A DNA stretch of 64,000 nucleotides from a virus (IMGVR_UViG_2645727839_000001:32001-96000); one strand, 5' to 3'. Positions 9,593 to 19,009 are shown, counted from the first letter of the stretch. The notes: generated from the sequence alone by a model not told the origin. Numbers and translations are program-made.

Positions 9593-9925
9593 TTATACTA
9601 GCTTTCGGGCACGTAAAGCAAGCTCTGGGTTCTCTAGGCAAAGCTCATCACGTCGATTCTCTAGCATGGCTAGGCTCTCTTTCATTGTGACGCGGCTTTT
9701 AACTATCTTTAGAGAGATATACAGGTAGAACAAACTAAAGCCCAGCTGTGTTATCCCTAAAAAAGTATCCCCCATAACCATCATGCTACCCATAACCAAT
9801 GTTAAAGCCATCATAATTCGGCAAATCAAGATAGTTCGACCAGAACGTTTAACGCTTTGCTTGGCAAACCTAATATGAACACAGAGGTGGTTATATTCGG
9901 CTTCTGGATTACGCGCTAAATTCAT
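9593..9925 (-). CDS. hypothetical two-TM membrane protein
   Basis: Two hydrophobic segments; ATGA overlap with upstream gene. Confidence 0.6.
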   Translation of the reverse strand: MNLARNPEAEYNHLCVHIRFAKQSVKRSGRTILICRIMMALTLVMGSMMVMGDTFLGITQLGFSLFYLYISLKIVKSRVTMKESLAMLENRRDELCLENPELALRARKLV

Positions 9926-10722
9926 ATGCTAAAGCCTGTATTTAATGGAATAACCGCTTCACTTAGTGGCATCTTGATTGGTTTACCACGATATAGATCT
10001 TTTGCATCACCAGAAACCACAACCGTATTGATGTAGTCTTCATTCAGTTTGCCTTTCTCTAAGCCTACGGTCAGGAACAATACGTGGTTATCATCAAAGA
10101 AGAACTGCCCTACTTGCAGCTCACCTAAATCACAAGGTTCTTTTAGCTGATCGTCTCTCATGCATTTCAGGAACAGAATCGAATTAGGTGTTGATGCGTC
10201 GAGTTCTGCCTTGCCGTTTTCGAGGTCTTTAGCTAGTACAGCAAGTTTGCGAAGAGACATTAATGGTCGAAGAGCTCGCTGAGCCTCTTTTTCATTTGGA
10301 GCTGCGGCTTTGATAATTTCGATTATCTTGTCCATCTTTTCGATTTCGTTGCCGAAGTTGGTATCTGATTTAGATTTGTTTTCTCCGCGAAGACGGTTAA
10401 GAACCTCATTAAAGTCTTCTTTGCTGTTCACCTCGAACTTCTTAGCACTAACCTTCATGCCCTTTTGTTGAGATAGGTAATTAGAAGTAAACTCCTGCAA
10501 TAGTTCGCCAGTTCGCACATCTTTAGCCGCAAGACAGCCTTCGTTTGCACCAAGAGCAACGCTATCCGGCATGAACACTTCGTGGCGGTAACCTTCTTTG
10601 TCGATGATAGTGCCAACCAAAGGTCGGTTAGTTACATCGTAATCTTCCACGCAGAAGCCTTTTTCGTTAATAGCCCAATTTTTAAGTGCCTCTAATACGC
10701 GCTTGTTACTATCGATCTTCAT
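9922..10722 (-). CDS. hypothetical protein
   Basis: 266-aa ORF with GAGG RBS and operator directly upstream. Confidence 0.7.
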   Translation of the reverse strand: MKIDSNKRVLEALKNWAINEKGFCVEDYDVTNRPLVGTIIDKEGYRHEVFMPDSVALGANEGCLAAKDVRTGELLQEFTSNYLSQQKGMKVSAKKFEVNSKEDFNEVLNRLRGENKSKSDTNFGNEIEKMDKIIEIIKAAAPNEKEAQRALRPLMSLRKLAVLAKDLENGKAELDASTPNSILFLKCMRDDQLKEPCDLGELQVGQFFFDDNHVLFLTVGLEKGKLNEDYINTVVVSGDAKDLYRGKPIKMPLSEAVIPLNTGFSI

Positions 10723-10733
10723 ACATCCTCTTA

Positions 10734-10751
10734 TAAGTCATTGGTGACTTA
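10734..10751. promoter_or_regulatory. 18-bp palindromic operator copy
   Basis: TAAGTCATTGGTGACTTA. Confidence 0.75.
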
Positions 10752-10769
10752 ACATATTAAACAAAAAAT

Positions 10770-10946
10770 TTACCAGTTTTCAGGGTCTAGGCAGTCAGCT
10801 TCGCCCCAGGTACATGCGCCACATGTATCTAAGGACATTTCCAAATTGCCTGTCGTTCGATTAATGATATCAACTGTTGGTGAAGCACCGCAGTTACAGC
10901 ACGAACCTTTTTCGTTTGGCACAGCCATACTTGTTGATTCAGACAT
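10770..10946 (-). CDS. small zinc-ribbon protein (58 aa)
   Basis: Own translation MSESTSMAVPNEKGSCCNCGASPTVDIINRTTGNLEMSLDTCGACTWGEADCLDPENW; two CxxC motifs; below ORF-track cutoff. Confidence 0.65.
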   Translation of the reverse strand: MSESTSMAVPNEKGSCCNCGASPTVDIINRTTGNLEMSLDTCGACTWGEADCLDPENW

Positions 10947-11160
10947 CGCATTCTTCCTCTCGAATGTAGCTAACCATTTTTACTTTCTTACCCGTTAGTT
11001 CACCAATACGTTTGGCTAGTGGACGCATCTTGTCGGCAATATCTTTCTTGCCAGTAACAAGAGGCATCCAGCCTTCACCTGTATGGTGACCAACAATGCC
11101 CTCACCCTCATCTCCGCCATTATCAGCTATAAAAGCGAAGAGCTGTTTCAATTCCGACAT
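10939..11160 (-). CDS. hypothetical protein
   Basis: ORF with GAGGG RBS. Confidence 0.65.
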   Translation of the reverse strand: MSELKQLFAFIADNGGDEGEGIVGHHTGEGWMPLVTGKKDIADKMRPLAKRIGELTGKKVKMVSYIREEECDV

Positions 11161-11175
11161 GTTGTTCCCTCTTAT

Positions 11176-11272
11176 TGGATTAGGAGAGGGTTTTTTAGCA
11201 GTCCCTTATATATATCTATCTTTGATAGATATATTTATATAACGAACGAGATTTTTACCCTCTCCTAATCCA
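11176..11272. repeat. ~97-bp palindromic element A (16-bp terminal inverted repeats, central 11-bp-arm palindrome)
   Basis: TGGATTAGGAGAGGGT...ATATATCTATC-TTT-GATAGATATAT...ACCCTCTCCTAATCCA; inverted homologue at 56021-56119. Confidence 0.85.
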
Positions 11273-11651
11273 TCTCAATGTAACTGCGGTATGCACTAAT
11301 AAAGAATTCAGATTCTTTAGCTGCGGCAACACCGGTTATTTCATGAGATGGAACTAGGGTTTGCGGTACCGGGCGACCTAACAAGATCTCGTAATCCACC
11401 AGCCGACGAACGCCTTTAATTACTGCCTGACCCACAGCTGGCTTACTAAGACCCATTTGGGTAGCCGCAATCTCATAGCTTTGGCCTGCAACAATGGTGT
11501 TATTAACAGCCTCAAGCATCTTCGATGAGATCTTAGGTCGGATTGATAACACCATATCTTGATAGATAACCTTAAGTTTGGCGGCAATCTTAGGTTCGCT
11601 AACGTTGATAGCTTCTCTAAGAGCCAAGATGTGCTCAGTTGTTACCTGCAT
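11265..11651 (-). CDS. putative HTH DNA-binding protein
   Basis: GQSYEIAATQMGLSKPAVGQAV helix-turn-helix; start MQVTT with GGAGG RBS. Confidence 0.55.
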   Translation of the reverse strand: MQVTTEHILALREAINVSEPKIAAKLKVIYQDMVLSIRPKISSKMLEAVNNTIVAGQSYEIAATQMGLSKPAVGQAVIKGVRRLVDYEILLGRPVPQTLVPSHEITGVAAAKESEFFISAYRSYIEMD

Positions 11652-11823
11652 CTTTAACCTCCAACTTCTCGGTGCGTTGAACAGTGATTTCACTACCCAG
11701 ATCATCAACGGCTAGCTGGATACGACCATTCTTGTAATCTTTAGCAATAACACGGCAAATTTCTTTACCGTCTTTGGACATAATGGAAAGAGATTGTCCC
11801 TTTCCTCTGTTAAGAATTAACAC
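11635..11823 (-). CDS. csrA: divergent CsrA/RsmA-family RNA-binding protein
   Basis: MLILNRGKGQSLSI...GRIQLAV...EITVQRTE aligns with CsrA MLILTRRVGETLMI...NQVRIGV...EVSVHREE; GTG start. Confidence 0.7.
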   Translation of the reverse strand: MLILNRGKGQSLSIMSKDGKEICRVIAKDYKNGRIQLAVDDLGSEITVQRTEKLEVKDAGNN

Positions 11824-12157
11824 TTAGTTTTCCTTCAATGTTTCCAAATAGGTTAGGAAACTCTTTTTGAAGGCATTCGACTAGCATTTGCTGATGACCG
11901 CTCGATAACATTTCACTGATACCATCCGTCTTGCTTTGCATAACATAGCCATTAGTGAAACGGCATTTGTTGCTTGCTTCGTTTAGCAAAGAGATTTGGT
12001 TTTCAAACGTAGAAACGTGAATGGTGCCAGTTGCGTCAGCAGAAGAGATTCGATGGTAAGTCACTCCTAACTTATTAGTCAGGGCAACATAAAGGAAACC
12101 TCGAGCTTGGCTTTCGATAGGATGAACAAGTGCTAGTAATTCGATAGTGCCTTTCAT
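11810..12157 (-). CDS. hypothetical protein
   Basis: ORF with shared leader motif. Confidence 0.65.
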   Translation of the reverse strand: MKGTIELLALVHPIESQARGFLYVALTNKLGVTYHRISSADATGTIHVSTFENQISLLNEASNKCRFTNGYVMQSKTDGISEMLSSGHQQMLVECLQKEFPNLFGNIEGKLSVNS

Positions 12158-12437
12158 AGTGATTTTCTCTCTCTTTGTGTGTGATTCTTATAGTAACAGT
12201 GAGCATGTGGCATGTAAACGCAATGAAAAAATAAACTTAACTTAAGAAATAAACTTTATTTCTTGCAATTATATTACCTTTTCTGTGAGCAATTCTAAGA
12301 GCTTTTGATAGATAACTAGAGCAAGTGCTCGAGATATGCACTCCCAGATGCTTGAGAGCGCACAGAGCGCGTTTAAATGAGTGATTTATTGAATTGATAG
12401 AACTATCAGACAAAAGAAAAGGGACTTAAAGTCCCTT

Positions 12438-12824
12438 TCATAAAACATGCTCTGGTTGTTGGTGCCAGGGCCCATAATGTTGGTGCTCAAAAGCATTTAG
12501 TTTGGCACTGTAGTAATCGTAATGAACGCATTGGTCTGGATCTATTTTACCAATAAGGTAATACAGCTCTTTCGGTATGCTGATTTCATTGCCATTTGAG
12601 ATGTCTTTTACCATGATCATCTCACCAATTGGGAGGCTAACCTTAACCTCTAACCAACAATGAGATATCTCCAAGCCTTTTATTGGGCCCTGCCCTGTAA
12701 CCACCCCATGAACCAATCGATAGTTATCGTCATGAGGTAGGTTGTCAAAATGGATATGGAAACAATCACCCATTTGACGGTCTTCGGGAATTGTTTCTAG
12801 GATTTCTTCTTTGGTTGCTCGCAT
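12438..12824 (-). CDS. hypothetical phage-type protein
   Basis: GDCF...LVHG...HCWLE motif, possibly papain/transglutaminase-like. Confidence 0.6.
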   Translation of the reverse strand: MRATKEEILETIPEDRQMGDCFHIHFDNLPHDDNYRLVHGVVTGQGPIKGLEISHCWLEVKVSLPIGEMIMVKDISNGNEISIPKELYYLIGKIDPDQCVHYDYYSAKLNAFEHQHYGPWHQQPEHVL

Positions 12825-13093
12825 CGGTTTCTTAACTTTAGTCCGGCTTTAAAGGTGCAGACACGACGAGCGGTAATAGTTACAGGTTCTTTCGTCTTAG
12901 GGTTGCGACCCGGACGACTCGGCTTTTCTCTGGTAACAAAGTTACCAAAGCCAGAAAGTTTCAGTTCACCTTCAACGATCTCATTGCTTAAGGTGCTAAA
13001 GAAATCATCCACGAAACTTTTTGAATCGCGAATTGTGAAGCCTAGTTTGTTCTGTAGACTTTCTGCCAAAACTGCTTTGGTTAATGTGCTCAT
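12797..13093 (-). CDS. ihfA: integration host factor alpha-like protein
   Basis: LTKA.LAE.L, KLSGFGNF, RPGRNPKT, ITARRV.TFKAG. Confidence 0.9.
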   Translation of the reverse strand: MSTLTKAVLAESLQNKLGFTIRDSKSFVDDFFSTLSNEIVEGELKLSGFGNFVTREKPSRPGRNPKTKEPVTITARRVCTFKAGLKLRNRCEQPKKKS

Positions 13094-13114
13094 AGTGCCT
13101 CTCTTTGTGTTTTA

Positions 13115-13132
13115 TTAGTCATTGGTGACTTA
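13115..13132. promoter_or_regulatory. 18-bp palindromic operator copy
   Basis: TTAGTCATTGGTGACTTA upstream of ihfA. Confidence 0.7.
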
Positions 13133-13146
13133 ACAACTGAGGCGTG

Positions 13147-14052
13147 TTAAGCCTCAGTATTTAGCTTCTCGGCAAGTACGCTATCTGGATTTAGCGTCAG
13201 TGTCTTACCTGCAAGTGTGCCAATCTTCATGAAGTTAATAACCTGCATGAGCTGACTTGATTGAGCCGAAGCCGTACCTTTTGAGTACTTCTCTTGGTAT
13301 CGGTCGCGTAGCTCAGTCGATGAGAGAGTACCGTTTTTAAATAACATGTCCAGAGCAATGTCGGTATACACAGAGAGTGCCACGCCAGAGTTCAGGTGTT
13401 GGAACATGTTCAGTACTTTTTCACCTACTTTCTTTGGAAGTTTGTCGATATCGTTAAGACGGCTGTTAATCAAACCTGTCATATCTTCAACTTCTGTGTC
13501 GGCTTTAACTAGAACCATGTGAGTATTGATAGACTCGCCTAGTTTTACCTTAACGGCTTCTGACTTGGATAGGCCTGATACACCGGGACCACGTTTAGCT
13601 GCGGTCTTTTTAGTTTCAGGTTTAGCCACCGGTTCTTCCGAACTCTCGTCTTCCGTTGGGATCTTCTTGTTAGCTGCCTTCTTCTTGTTACTCTCAACCT
13701 CAGAAGTTTTAGTTTCTGGCTTAGCTAGAACCTCGTCTTCCTCAACCTCGTCTTCTTCGTAAAGCTCGGTGTTGTCTTGAGTTGCAGGGTCAGAAGCCAG
13801 TAGCTCTTCCAGTTCATCATCTAGATCATCTAGAACGATATCGCTTTTAGCCTCTACTTCGCTATCGTCAGCACCTTCTAGTACTAACTCATCGATGCCA
13901 TCAAGTAGCTCATCAAGCTCTTCGGAAGCATCATCTGCCTTTACAGGAGTTGTAACAGGAGCATCAGCCTCTAGCTCTTCGATGTCCAAGTCAGCCAGTA
14001 ATGCGTCTAGCTCGTTTTCTTGTGATTTAGCAGTTGCAGTTGAAACGCTCAT
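13147..14052 (-). CDS. acidic N-terminus plus winged-helix-like C-terminal domain protein
   Basis: Repeated ELDxLLxxLD motifs; C-terminal YSKGTASAQSSQ. Confidence 0.7.
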   Translation of the reverse strand: MSVSTATAKSQENELDALLADLDIEELEADAPVTTPVKADDASEELDELLDGIDELVLEGADDSEVEAKSDIVLDDLDDELEELLASDPATQDNTELYEEDEVEEDEVLAKPETKTSEVESNKKKAANKKIPTEDESSEEPVAKPETKKTAAKRGPGVSGLSKSEAVKVKLGESINTHMVLVKADTEVEDMTGLINSRLNDIDKLPKKVGEKVLNMFQHLNSGVALSVYTDIALDMLFKNGTLSSTELRDRYQEKYSKGTASAQSSQLMQVINFMKIGTLAGKTLTLNPDSVLAEKLNTEA

Positions 14053-14148
14053 AAGTGCCTCTCTTTGTGAATTAGTGTATTTCGTTTCGATGAGTACATA
14101 TTAAGTGACTTGAATTGGCAGTCCTACTCAGCCACTTAATAATGCCTG

Positions 14149-14616
14149 TTAAGACCAGAGCCCTAAGTCGGATGACGATGAGGCTGGCGCAGCCGTTGAA
14201 ATTTCTTCCTCTACCTCATTAGGTTCGGGTTCGTAGATAGTCTCTTCTTTGACTTCTGGCTCTTTGATTAGAATGTTGCCTTTCTCTACGAATTCCATCT
14301 CATCATCGAGATCTGATTTGGTAAATTGAAGAAGTACATCCTCAAATCCCACGTTCATCTCTTCTTCCGAACGGAATGTATTGGTTAAAGAAACATCTTT
14401 TATCCAATTACCATTCACATTGTTATGAACGAAAAGTGTGAATAACTTTCGGTCTTCCGGTGCAGTTCGAGAATCAGCCTCCCCTCGCCATTCCGCAGAT
14501 ACCATAATGTCGTTATTGCAGTACTCTCGAAAGACTCGGTATTCATCTCGAGCTAGAAGTTTGCGCCACGCTTCTTTCTTAATACGTGCGCCTTTCTTGT
14601 TATAGAACTGGATCAT
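14149..14616 (-). CDS. hypothetical protein, C-terminal GLWS motif
   Basis: ORF; operator copy at 14616-14633 abuts the start. Confidence 0.7.
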   Translation of the reverse strand: MIQFYNKKGARIKKEAWRKLLARDEYRVFREYCNNDIMVSAEWRGEADSRTAPEDRKLFTLFVHNNVNGNWIKDVSLTNTFRSEEEMNVGFEDVLLQFTKSDLDDEMEFVEKGNILIKEPEVKEETIYEPEPNEVEEEISTAAPASSSSDLGLWS

Positions 14617-14727
14617 AAGTCACCCGTTACTTTATTTAGTGAGTGCTTATGTTAATTGCTGAGGAATGGGGATGAAAGGACGGGTATAAAAAAGCCCTAC
14701 ATGAGTAGGGCTTGGTCTTACTGGATA

Positions 14728-15252
14728 TTACATCGACATAATATATTTTTTATTTGAAGCCGACTTTACTTTGATTCTCTGCATCAAGGTGCCACCTTCG
14801 GGAACAATTGAGTCTGAACTTACTTGCCACGTAATGCCCGAGACAATGAAGTACTCACCTGCCGGAACATCTTCAAACTCGAATGAACCTGTAGCGTCAC
14901 ATACGGATACTAGGTTGTAATTAAGAAATTCAGCCGGAGCTTGAGGTGGTGTGCCACCAGCAGAGAAAGGACTTGTTGAGCGAAAGCCCTTAACAGTATT
15001 GCCGTAGATAATGGAAATACGTTCTTCTGAGTAAGGTGATACAGGGACCATATCTATTTGGTAGCCTGCGCATGTTTTAACTTCACCGCCAACGGTACGT
15101 AGGAATGCTTGACCACGCACTGTTGCATCACCTTCTTCTTGTGACCATTCAACGTCTGATGGTGCGAAAGTATTTTGCATTGGGGTAACAGTTGCGCAAC
15201 CTGCAAGGGCTATTGAACCGATCGCTACGGCGATAAGTGATAATTTTTTCAT
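14728..15252 (-). CDS. lipoprotein (transthyretin/carboxypeptidase-regulatory-like fold)
   Basis: Lipobox LAGC; GQAFLRT..G..KTCAG and G.F.F..VPAGEYF; shared leader. Confidence 0.75.
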   Translation of the reverse strand: MKKLSLIAVAIGSIALAGCATVTPMQNTFAPSDVEWSQEEGDATVRGQAFLRTVGGEVKTCAGYQIDMVPVSPYSEERISIIYGNTVKGFRSTSPFSAGGTPPQAPAEFLNYNLVSVCDATGSFEFEDVPAGEYFIVSGITWQVSSDSIVPEGGTLMQRIKVKSASNKKYIMSM

Positions 15253-15324
15253 GGTAATTGTTCTCTTTGTGCTTAGTGTGATGCGAATATTAGAGATTAG
15301 TGGATGGGTTTTCAATACTACAGA

Positions 15325-15429
15325 CACAACAAAGCCGCCCGACTGGGCGGCTTTTATGCGTAGGCCACTACCCTACTGAACAATTAAAATTGTTCTACAC
15401 AAAGAGAAACCACTAAAAGTAGTTTCACC
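15325..15429 (-). ncRNA. candidate small RNA 2 (~105 nt, four hairpins) with seed GUGGUUUCUCUUUGUGUAG
   Basis: Promoter TTGAAT(15459-15464)-17 bp-TATACT(15436-15441); stems GAAACUACU/AGUGGUUUC, GAACAAUU/AAUUGUUC, GUAGG/CCUAC; terminator AAAGCCGCCC-AGUC-GGGCGGCUUU. Confidence 0.7.
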
Positions 15430-15449
15430 AGTGCGAGTATATGCGGTTC

Positions 15450-15998
15450 TTAAGATGCATTCAACCGAAAGTAGCCTAAACGCTCGCCTTCAAAGAGCGA
15501 ACGAGCCAAAACATCAGTGTCATAGTCGGCTCTGTGAGCTGATTCTGGGTCGTAATCCACACCCATAGCCCAACATAACTCTGCTAGATTGGGTACTTTA
15601 CCCATTGAAGTTGCTGTTCTCCCCTCAACCATAGTGTCATAGACTTCAAACTGAGGAACTTCAAAGCCATCAGCCATCAAATTGAAAGCAATGATTGGGA
15701 AATCGAACGAATAGCCATTATGCGCAACGGCATAATCGCACTTCTCAAGAATCTTAATTAGCTTAGGCGCAACCTCTTTGAATGCAGGTTTGCCTTTCAA
15801 ATCATCAGCACTAATGCCGTGTACAACTTGAGCCTTTGGATCGATTGCTTTAGGCGTCCAAATCAATTCGTTCCATGTAGTTCCGACCTGACGCCAACCT
15901 GCTTCTTGCTTGCGGTATACGCCAACAGCAATCTCGATGATCTTATCTTCTTCAACGTTTAAGCCTGTGCTCTCAACGTCCAGAACAGCAACTATCAT
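15450..15998 (-). CDS. DEDDh 3'-5' exonuclease (DnaQ/Pol III epsilon-like)
   Basis: LDVESTG, VAHNGYSFD, HRADYD. Confidence 0.9.
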   Translation of the reverse strand: MIVAVLDVESTGLNVEEDKIIEIAVGVYRKQEAGWRQVGTTWNELIWTPKAIDPKAQVVHGISADDLKGKPAFKEVAPKLIKILEKCDYAVAHNGYSFDFPIIAFNLMADGFEVPQFEVYDTMVEGRTATSMGKVPNLAELCWAMGVDYDPESAHRADYDTDVLARSLFEGERLGYFRLNAS

Positions 15999-16241
15999 TT
16001 ACATCTCCATATTAAGCCAGCGTATTTCAGCGGCTACGTAATCTGAAAGGACTATCATTTTTCGAATCGGTGACAGGTACATCCACTTAATGTGACTACT
16101 GGAAAAGTAGTTTGCTGCGAAGCCACCATCCTCAGAACCGATAGCTTTTTGAATCTCAGCTAATGCCTCATTAAACTCAACACTATCCGTATCGCCTGCA
16201 ACCTGAGCTGCTTGTTTAATTAGTTCATTTAGATTCTTCAC
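15999..16241 (-). CDS. hypothetical protein
   Basis: Translationally coupled ORF. Confidence 0.65.
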   Translation of the reverse strand: MKNLNELIKQAAQVAGDTDSVEFNEALAEIQKAIGSEDGGFAANYFSSSHIKWMYLSPIRKMIVLSDYVAAEIRWLNMEM

Positions 16242-16675
16242 ACCTCAACAAAGCCTCGCTCTAACAACTGAGAGATAAGCTTTAGATAAGCGACATGGCT
16301 CGTTTTTGTTGGGTCATCGGCATCTTCAAAGCTCTTTACCGAATCTTTAGGTTCGCCACCGTCTGAAATCTTGGTCATGACAAAGCTATCCTCAGTCATT
16401 ACTCGTTTCATAATGACCAACATCCCCTTTGTGCGAAAGACTCTTCGCATAACGACAGGTTCGCCATTTTGACTAGCGTGTTCAGATATCCAATCTGTAA
16501 CGTCATCATCAATTAGACCGCACGTTACGAGGTTGATAGCTGTTAGAGATTGATAAAAAGCCTCATCTGACATCATCCCCTTATCGTGACTATTCGCCAT
16601 CTCTGACAAACTCTCGAGGGTTTTGCGGTTCAGCTCTTCTTTTATTGTTGGAGGGGTATCTACATCAGTGGTCAT
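16238..16675 (-). CDS. hypothetical protein
   Basis: ORF with leader variant ACACGAAGAGA; operator at 16693-16710. Confidence 0.7.
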   Translation of the reverse strand: MTTDVDTPPTIKEELNRKTLESLSEMANSHDKGMMSDEAFYQSLTAINLVTCGLIDDDVTDWISEHASQNGEPVVMRRVFRTKGMLVIMKRVMTEDSFVMTKISDGGEPKDSVKSFEDADDPTKTSHVAYLKLISQLLERGFVEV

Positions 16676-16741
16676 GTGATTTCTCTTCGTGTTAAGTCAG
16701 TAGTGACTTGTTATTATATGAGTATAAAGATGGCGGAGCAA

Positions 16742-17380
16742 TTAGTGAGATTGCTTGCCGTCTCTAATTGATTCAGCTTTGCGAAAGCTTTTAAGGATAG
16801 TTCGCATCAAACCATCCATTCTCTCTTCAAAGCCGATAGTCTTTTTGTCTAGCGTATAGCAGGAAAGTTTGGTTGATGGGTCAACGAACAAACCACGAAT
16901 AAGCAGTTCATGTTTGTTCATGTACAAGGGATTCATGACACCTTTGTAATCTTCGTAGACAACAGGTATGCCTTGAGGCACCAAAACCAAGCTAGAGAAA
17001 CGCTTGTTGGCTTCTTTAATGCAAGCCTCTACGTATTGCATCATGCGTTCACTTTGCATTTGGGTCGTTTTGTTGGGGATGTAATCCATCATTGCGTAAG
17101 CCGCCATATCAATAGGCGTTCTGTCAGTGACAAAAGCCTTATGTTGTGACCACACATCAATAGCGCCATCTAAAATCGCCCACTGAATGTTGAGCCGCTC
17201 ATCGAATGAGAGTTTCGCATTAGGTTTTAAACCTGCTTCTTTGAAGATGTTCGATGTACTGGTTTGAGCAAAGGGGAGTTCAGTTCGAAGAGACAGCTCT
17301 TTAGCCAGAGATGTTTTGCCAGTTCTATGAGTCCCGGCTAGTCCAATTGCGAAGTTTGAAAGGTCGTAATTTTTAGTCAT
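16742..17380 (-). CDS. P-loop nucleotide kinase-like protein (AAA_28/dNMP kinase type)
   Basis: GTHRTGKT Walker A and VTDRTPID motif. Confidence 0.75.
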   Translation of the reverse strand: MTKNYDLSNFAIGLAGTHRTGKTSLAKELSLRTELPFAQTSTSNIFKEAGLKPNAKLSFDERLNIQWAILDGAIDVWSQHKAFVTDRTPIDMAAYAMMDYIPNKTTQMQSERMMQYVEACIKEANKRFSSLVLVPQGIPVVYEDYKGVMNPLYMNKHELLIRGLFVDPSTKLSCYTLDKKTIGFEERMDGLMRTILKSFRKAESIRDGKQSH

Positions 17381-17468
17381 TTTATTTTAGTCATTGCATA
17401 GTGAGTTGCTATTTTATCGACTCGCAATCGGCATTGACACAAGGCTTACACAAGGAAAAACAACCCCT

Positions 17469-18179
17469 ATGACTACAGCACAAAGCGTTATCAGAGATAG
17501 ACGTTCGGCAAGAGTGTTCGTGAAAAACCACGACTACGATCCAAACATCATCAGTGAATGCCTCAAGCTTGCTCACCTTGCCCCCAATAGTTCTAACTTA
17601 CAGTTATGGGAGTTTCACCGTGTCACGACAGAAAACAAAAAGGCACTAATGAAACTCGCTTGCCTAAACCAATCGGCTGCAGCGACTTCCAGTGAACTGA
17701 TTGTCTTTGTAGGAACGCCTCAAAGGTGGAAAGCCAGTGTTGAACACCACGCTAGTCGAATTGCAGCCTTGCCAGGTTATTTGGAGAATGATGATTTAGC
17801 CTACGCACACCGATACTTCACTAAGACTGTCCCTTTTAACTATCGCAATGACAGGTTTGGCTTAATGGGGCTAGTTCGTAAGCTTATGAACTTCACGACC
17901 GGATTGTTTAAGCCCATTCCAAGAGAGGTCTTCCGTTCTGATATTCGCGCCACCATTCACAAGAACAACGCTCTAGCCATCATGACCTTTTGTTTAGCCA
18001 TGAAAGAACAAGGTCTTGATACCTGCATAATGGAGGGATTCGATTCAGTTCGTGTAAAGAAAATATTAGGTTTGGATAGCGAAAGCATAATCACCGCAGT
18101 TGTCGCATGTGGCAAAGCTGCGCCAGAGGGGATTTACGGTAATCGCGTAAGATTCCCCTGCCCTATCTTCAAGCATTAA
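17469..18179 (+). CDS. nitroreductase family protein
   Basis: RRSARVF, APNSSNLQLW, GLDTCIMEGFD. Confidence 0.9.
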   Translation: MTTAQSVIRDRRSARVFVKNHDYDPNIISECLKLAHLAPNSSNLQLWEFHRVTTENKKALMKLACLNQSAAATSSELIVFVGTPQRWKASVEHHASRIAALPGYLENDDLAYAHRYFTKTVPFNYRNDRFGLMGLVRKLMNFTTGLFKPIPREVFRSDIRATIHKNNALAIMTFCLAMKEQGLDTCIMEGFDSVRVKKILGLDSESIITAVVACGKAAPEGIYGNRVRFPCPIFKH

Positions 18180-18228
18180 AAAAGGGGCTGTTAACCCCTA
18201 GCTGAAAAGACAAAGAAAAGAGGGGGCA

Positions 18229-18486
18229 CTACTCCCCTTTGGACTCGTTACTGTCCTGTTCTGCGGTTAGAGCTGCGTTTTGTTCACGTAGCTCTTGAAT
18301 CTGTTGGCCTTGGTCTTCGATGTACAAAGCCATTTCTGCCTTTTCGTGGCGATGACCGTTAATCTCGGCTTCAAGAATTTGATTCTTCTTAGCTAGTAGT
18401 GGTAGCTGACGCAATTGATCAACAATCTGTTGGCTTAGTTGAGTTTGCGGTTGTTCTTGTGTTGCTTCTGTAGTTTGTTCTGTCAT
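18229..18486 (-). CDS. coiled-coil hypothetical protein
   Basis: ORF; operator at 18512-18529. Confidence 0.65.
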   Translation of the reverse strand: MTEQTTEATQEQPQTQLSQQIVDQLRQLPLLAKKNQILEAEINGHRHEKAEMALYIEDQGQQIQELREQNAALTAEQDSNESKGE

Positions 18487-18529
18487 TGGACTATCCTGTA
18501 ACGAGTAAAGTTAAGTAAGTGGTGACTTA

Positions 18530-19009
18530 TCACCATGAGCCAAAATTATCATATTTTTTTGGCTGAGTCTCGAACTCTGCCACTTCTTCTAGATCTTGTT
18601 CGATATCTACCTCATCCACGTAAATATCTGAATAGGTATGCCCCTTAATTCTAGGGCTATCATGTTTATGTTTATCAAAGCTGATAGACATACCACCACC
18701 ACGGGACATCGACTCATAAATAGGAAACTCTTCGATAGGCTCTGGACACCTACCTCTTAGCTTGCATTCAGCCGTAGCCATCACCGTAGCTCTATCAGGT
18801 TCTATTGCGTAATCTTTGAAATGCCTACTAGTGATACTCACGTAAGGGCAATTGGTGCACTCTGTTCCTAAATCCCTTTTCAGATTCGCGATAGCCTTTT
18901 CTTCGCACACCTTGGGCATTGATAACTTCGAAGAAAAGGCCGCTTCCATGCGGCCAGAGCTATAAGAAATGGAACACTTGAGCGTTTCACCTTCTTTTAG
19001 CGATTTCAT
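18530..19009 (-). CDS. hypothetical Cys-containing protein, C-terminal FGSW motif
   Basis: ORF track. Confidence 0.65.
   Translation of the reverse strand: MKSLKEGETLKCSISYSSGRMEAAFSSKLSMPKVCEEKAIANLKRDLGTECTNCPYVSITSRHFKDYAIEPDRATVMATAECKLRGRCPEPIEEFPIYESMSRGGGMSISFDKHKHDSPRIKGHTYSDIYVDEVDIEQDLEEVAEFETQPKKYDNFGSW

Noticed and set aside
15325-15429. Identification of sRNA-2 as Qrr, CsrB or GcvB
   Set aside because: No Qrr conserved core, no sigma54 promoter, no GGA repeats; only architectural analogy
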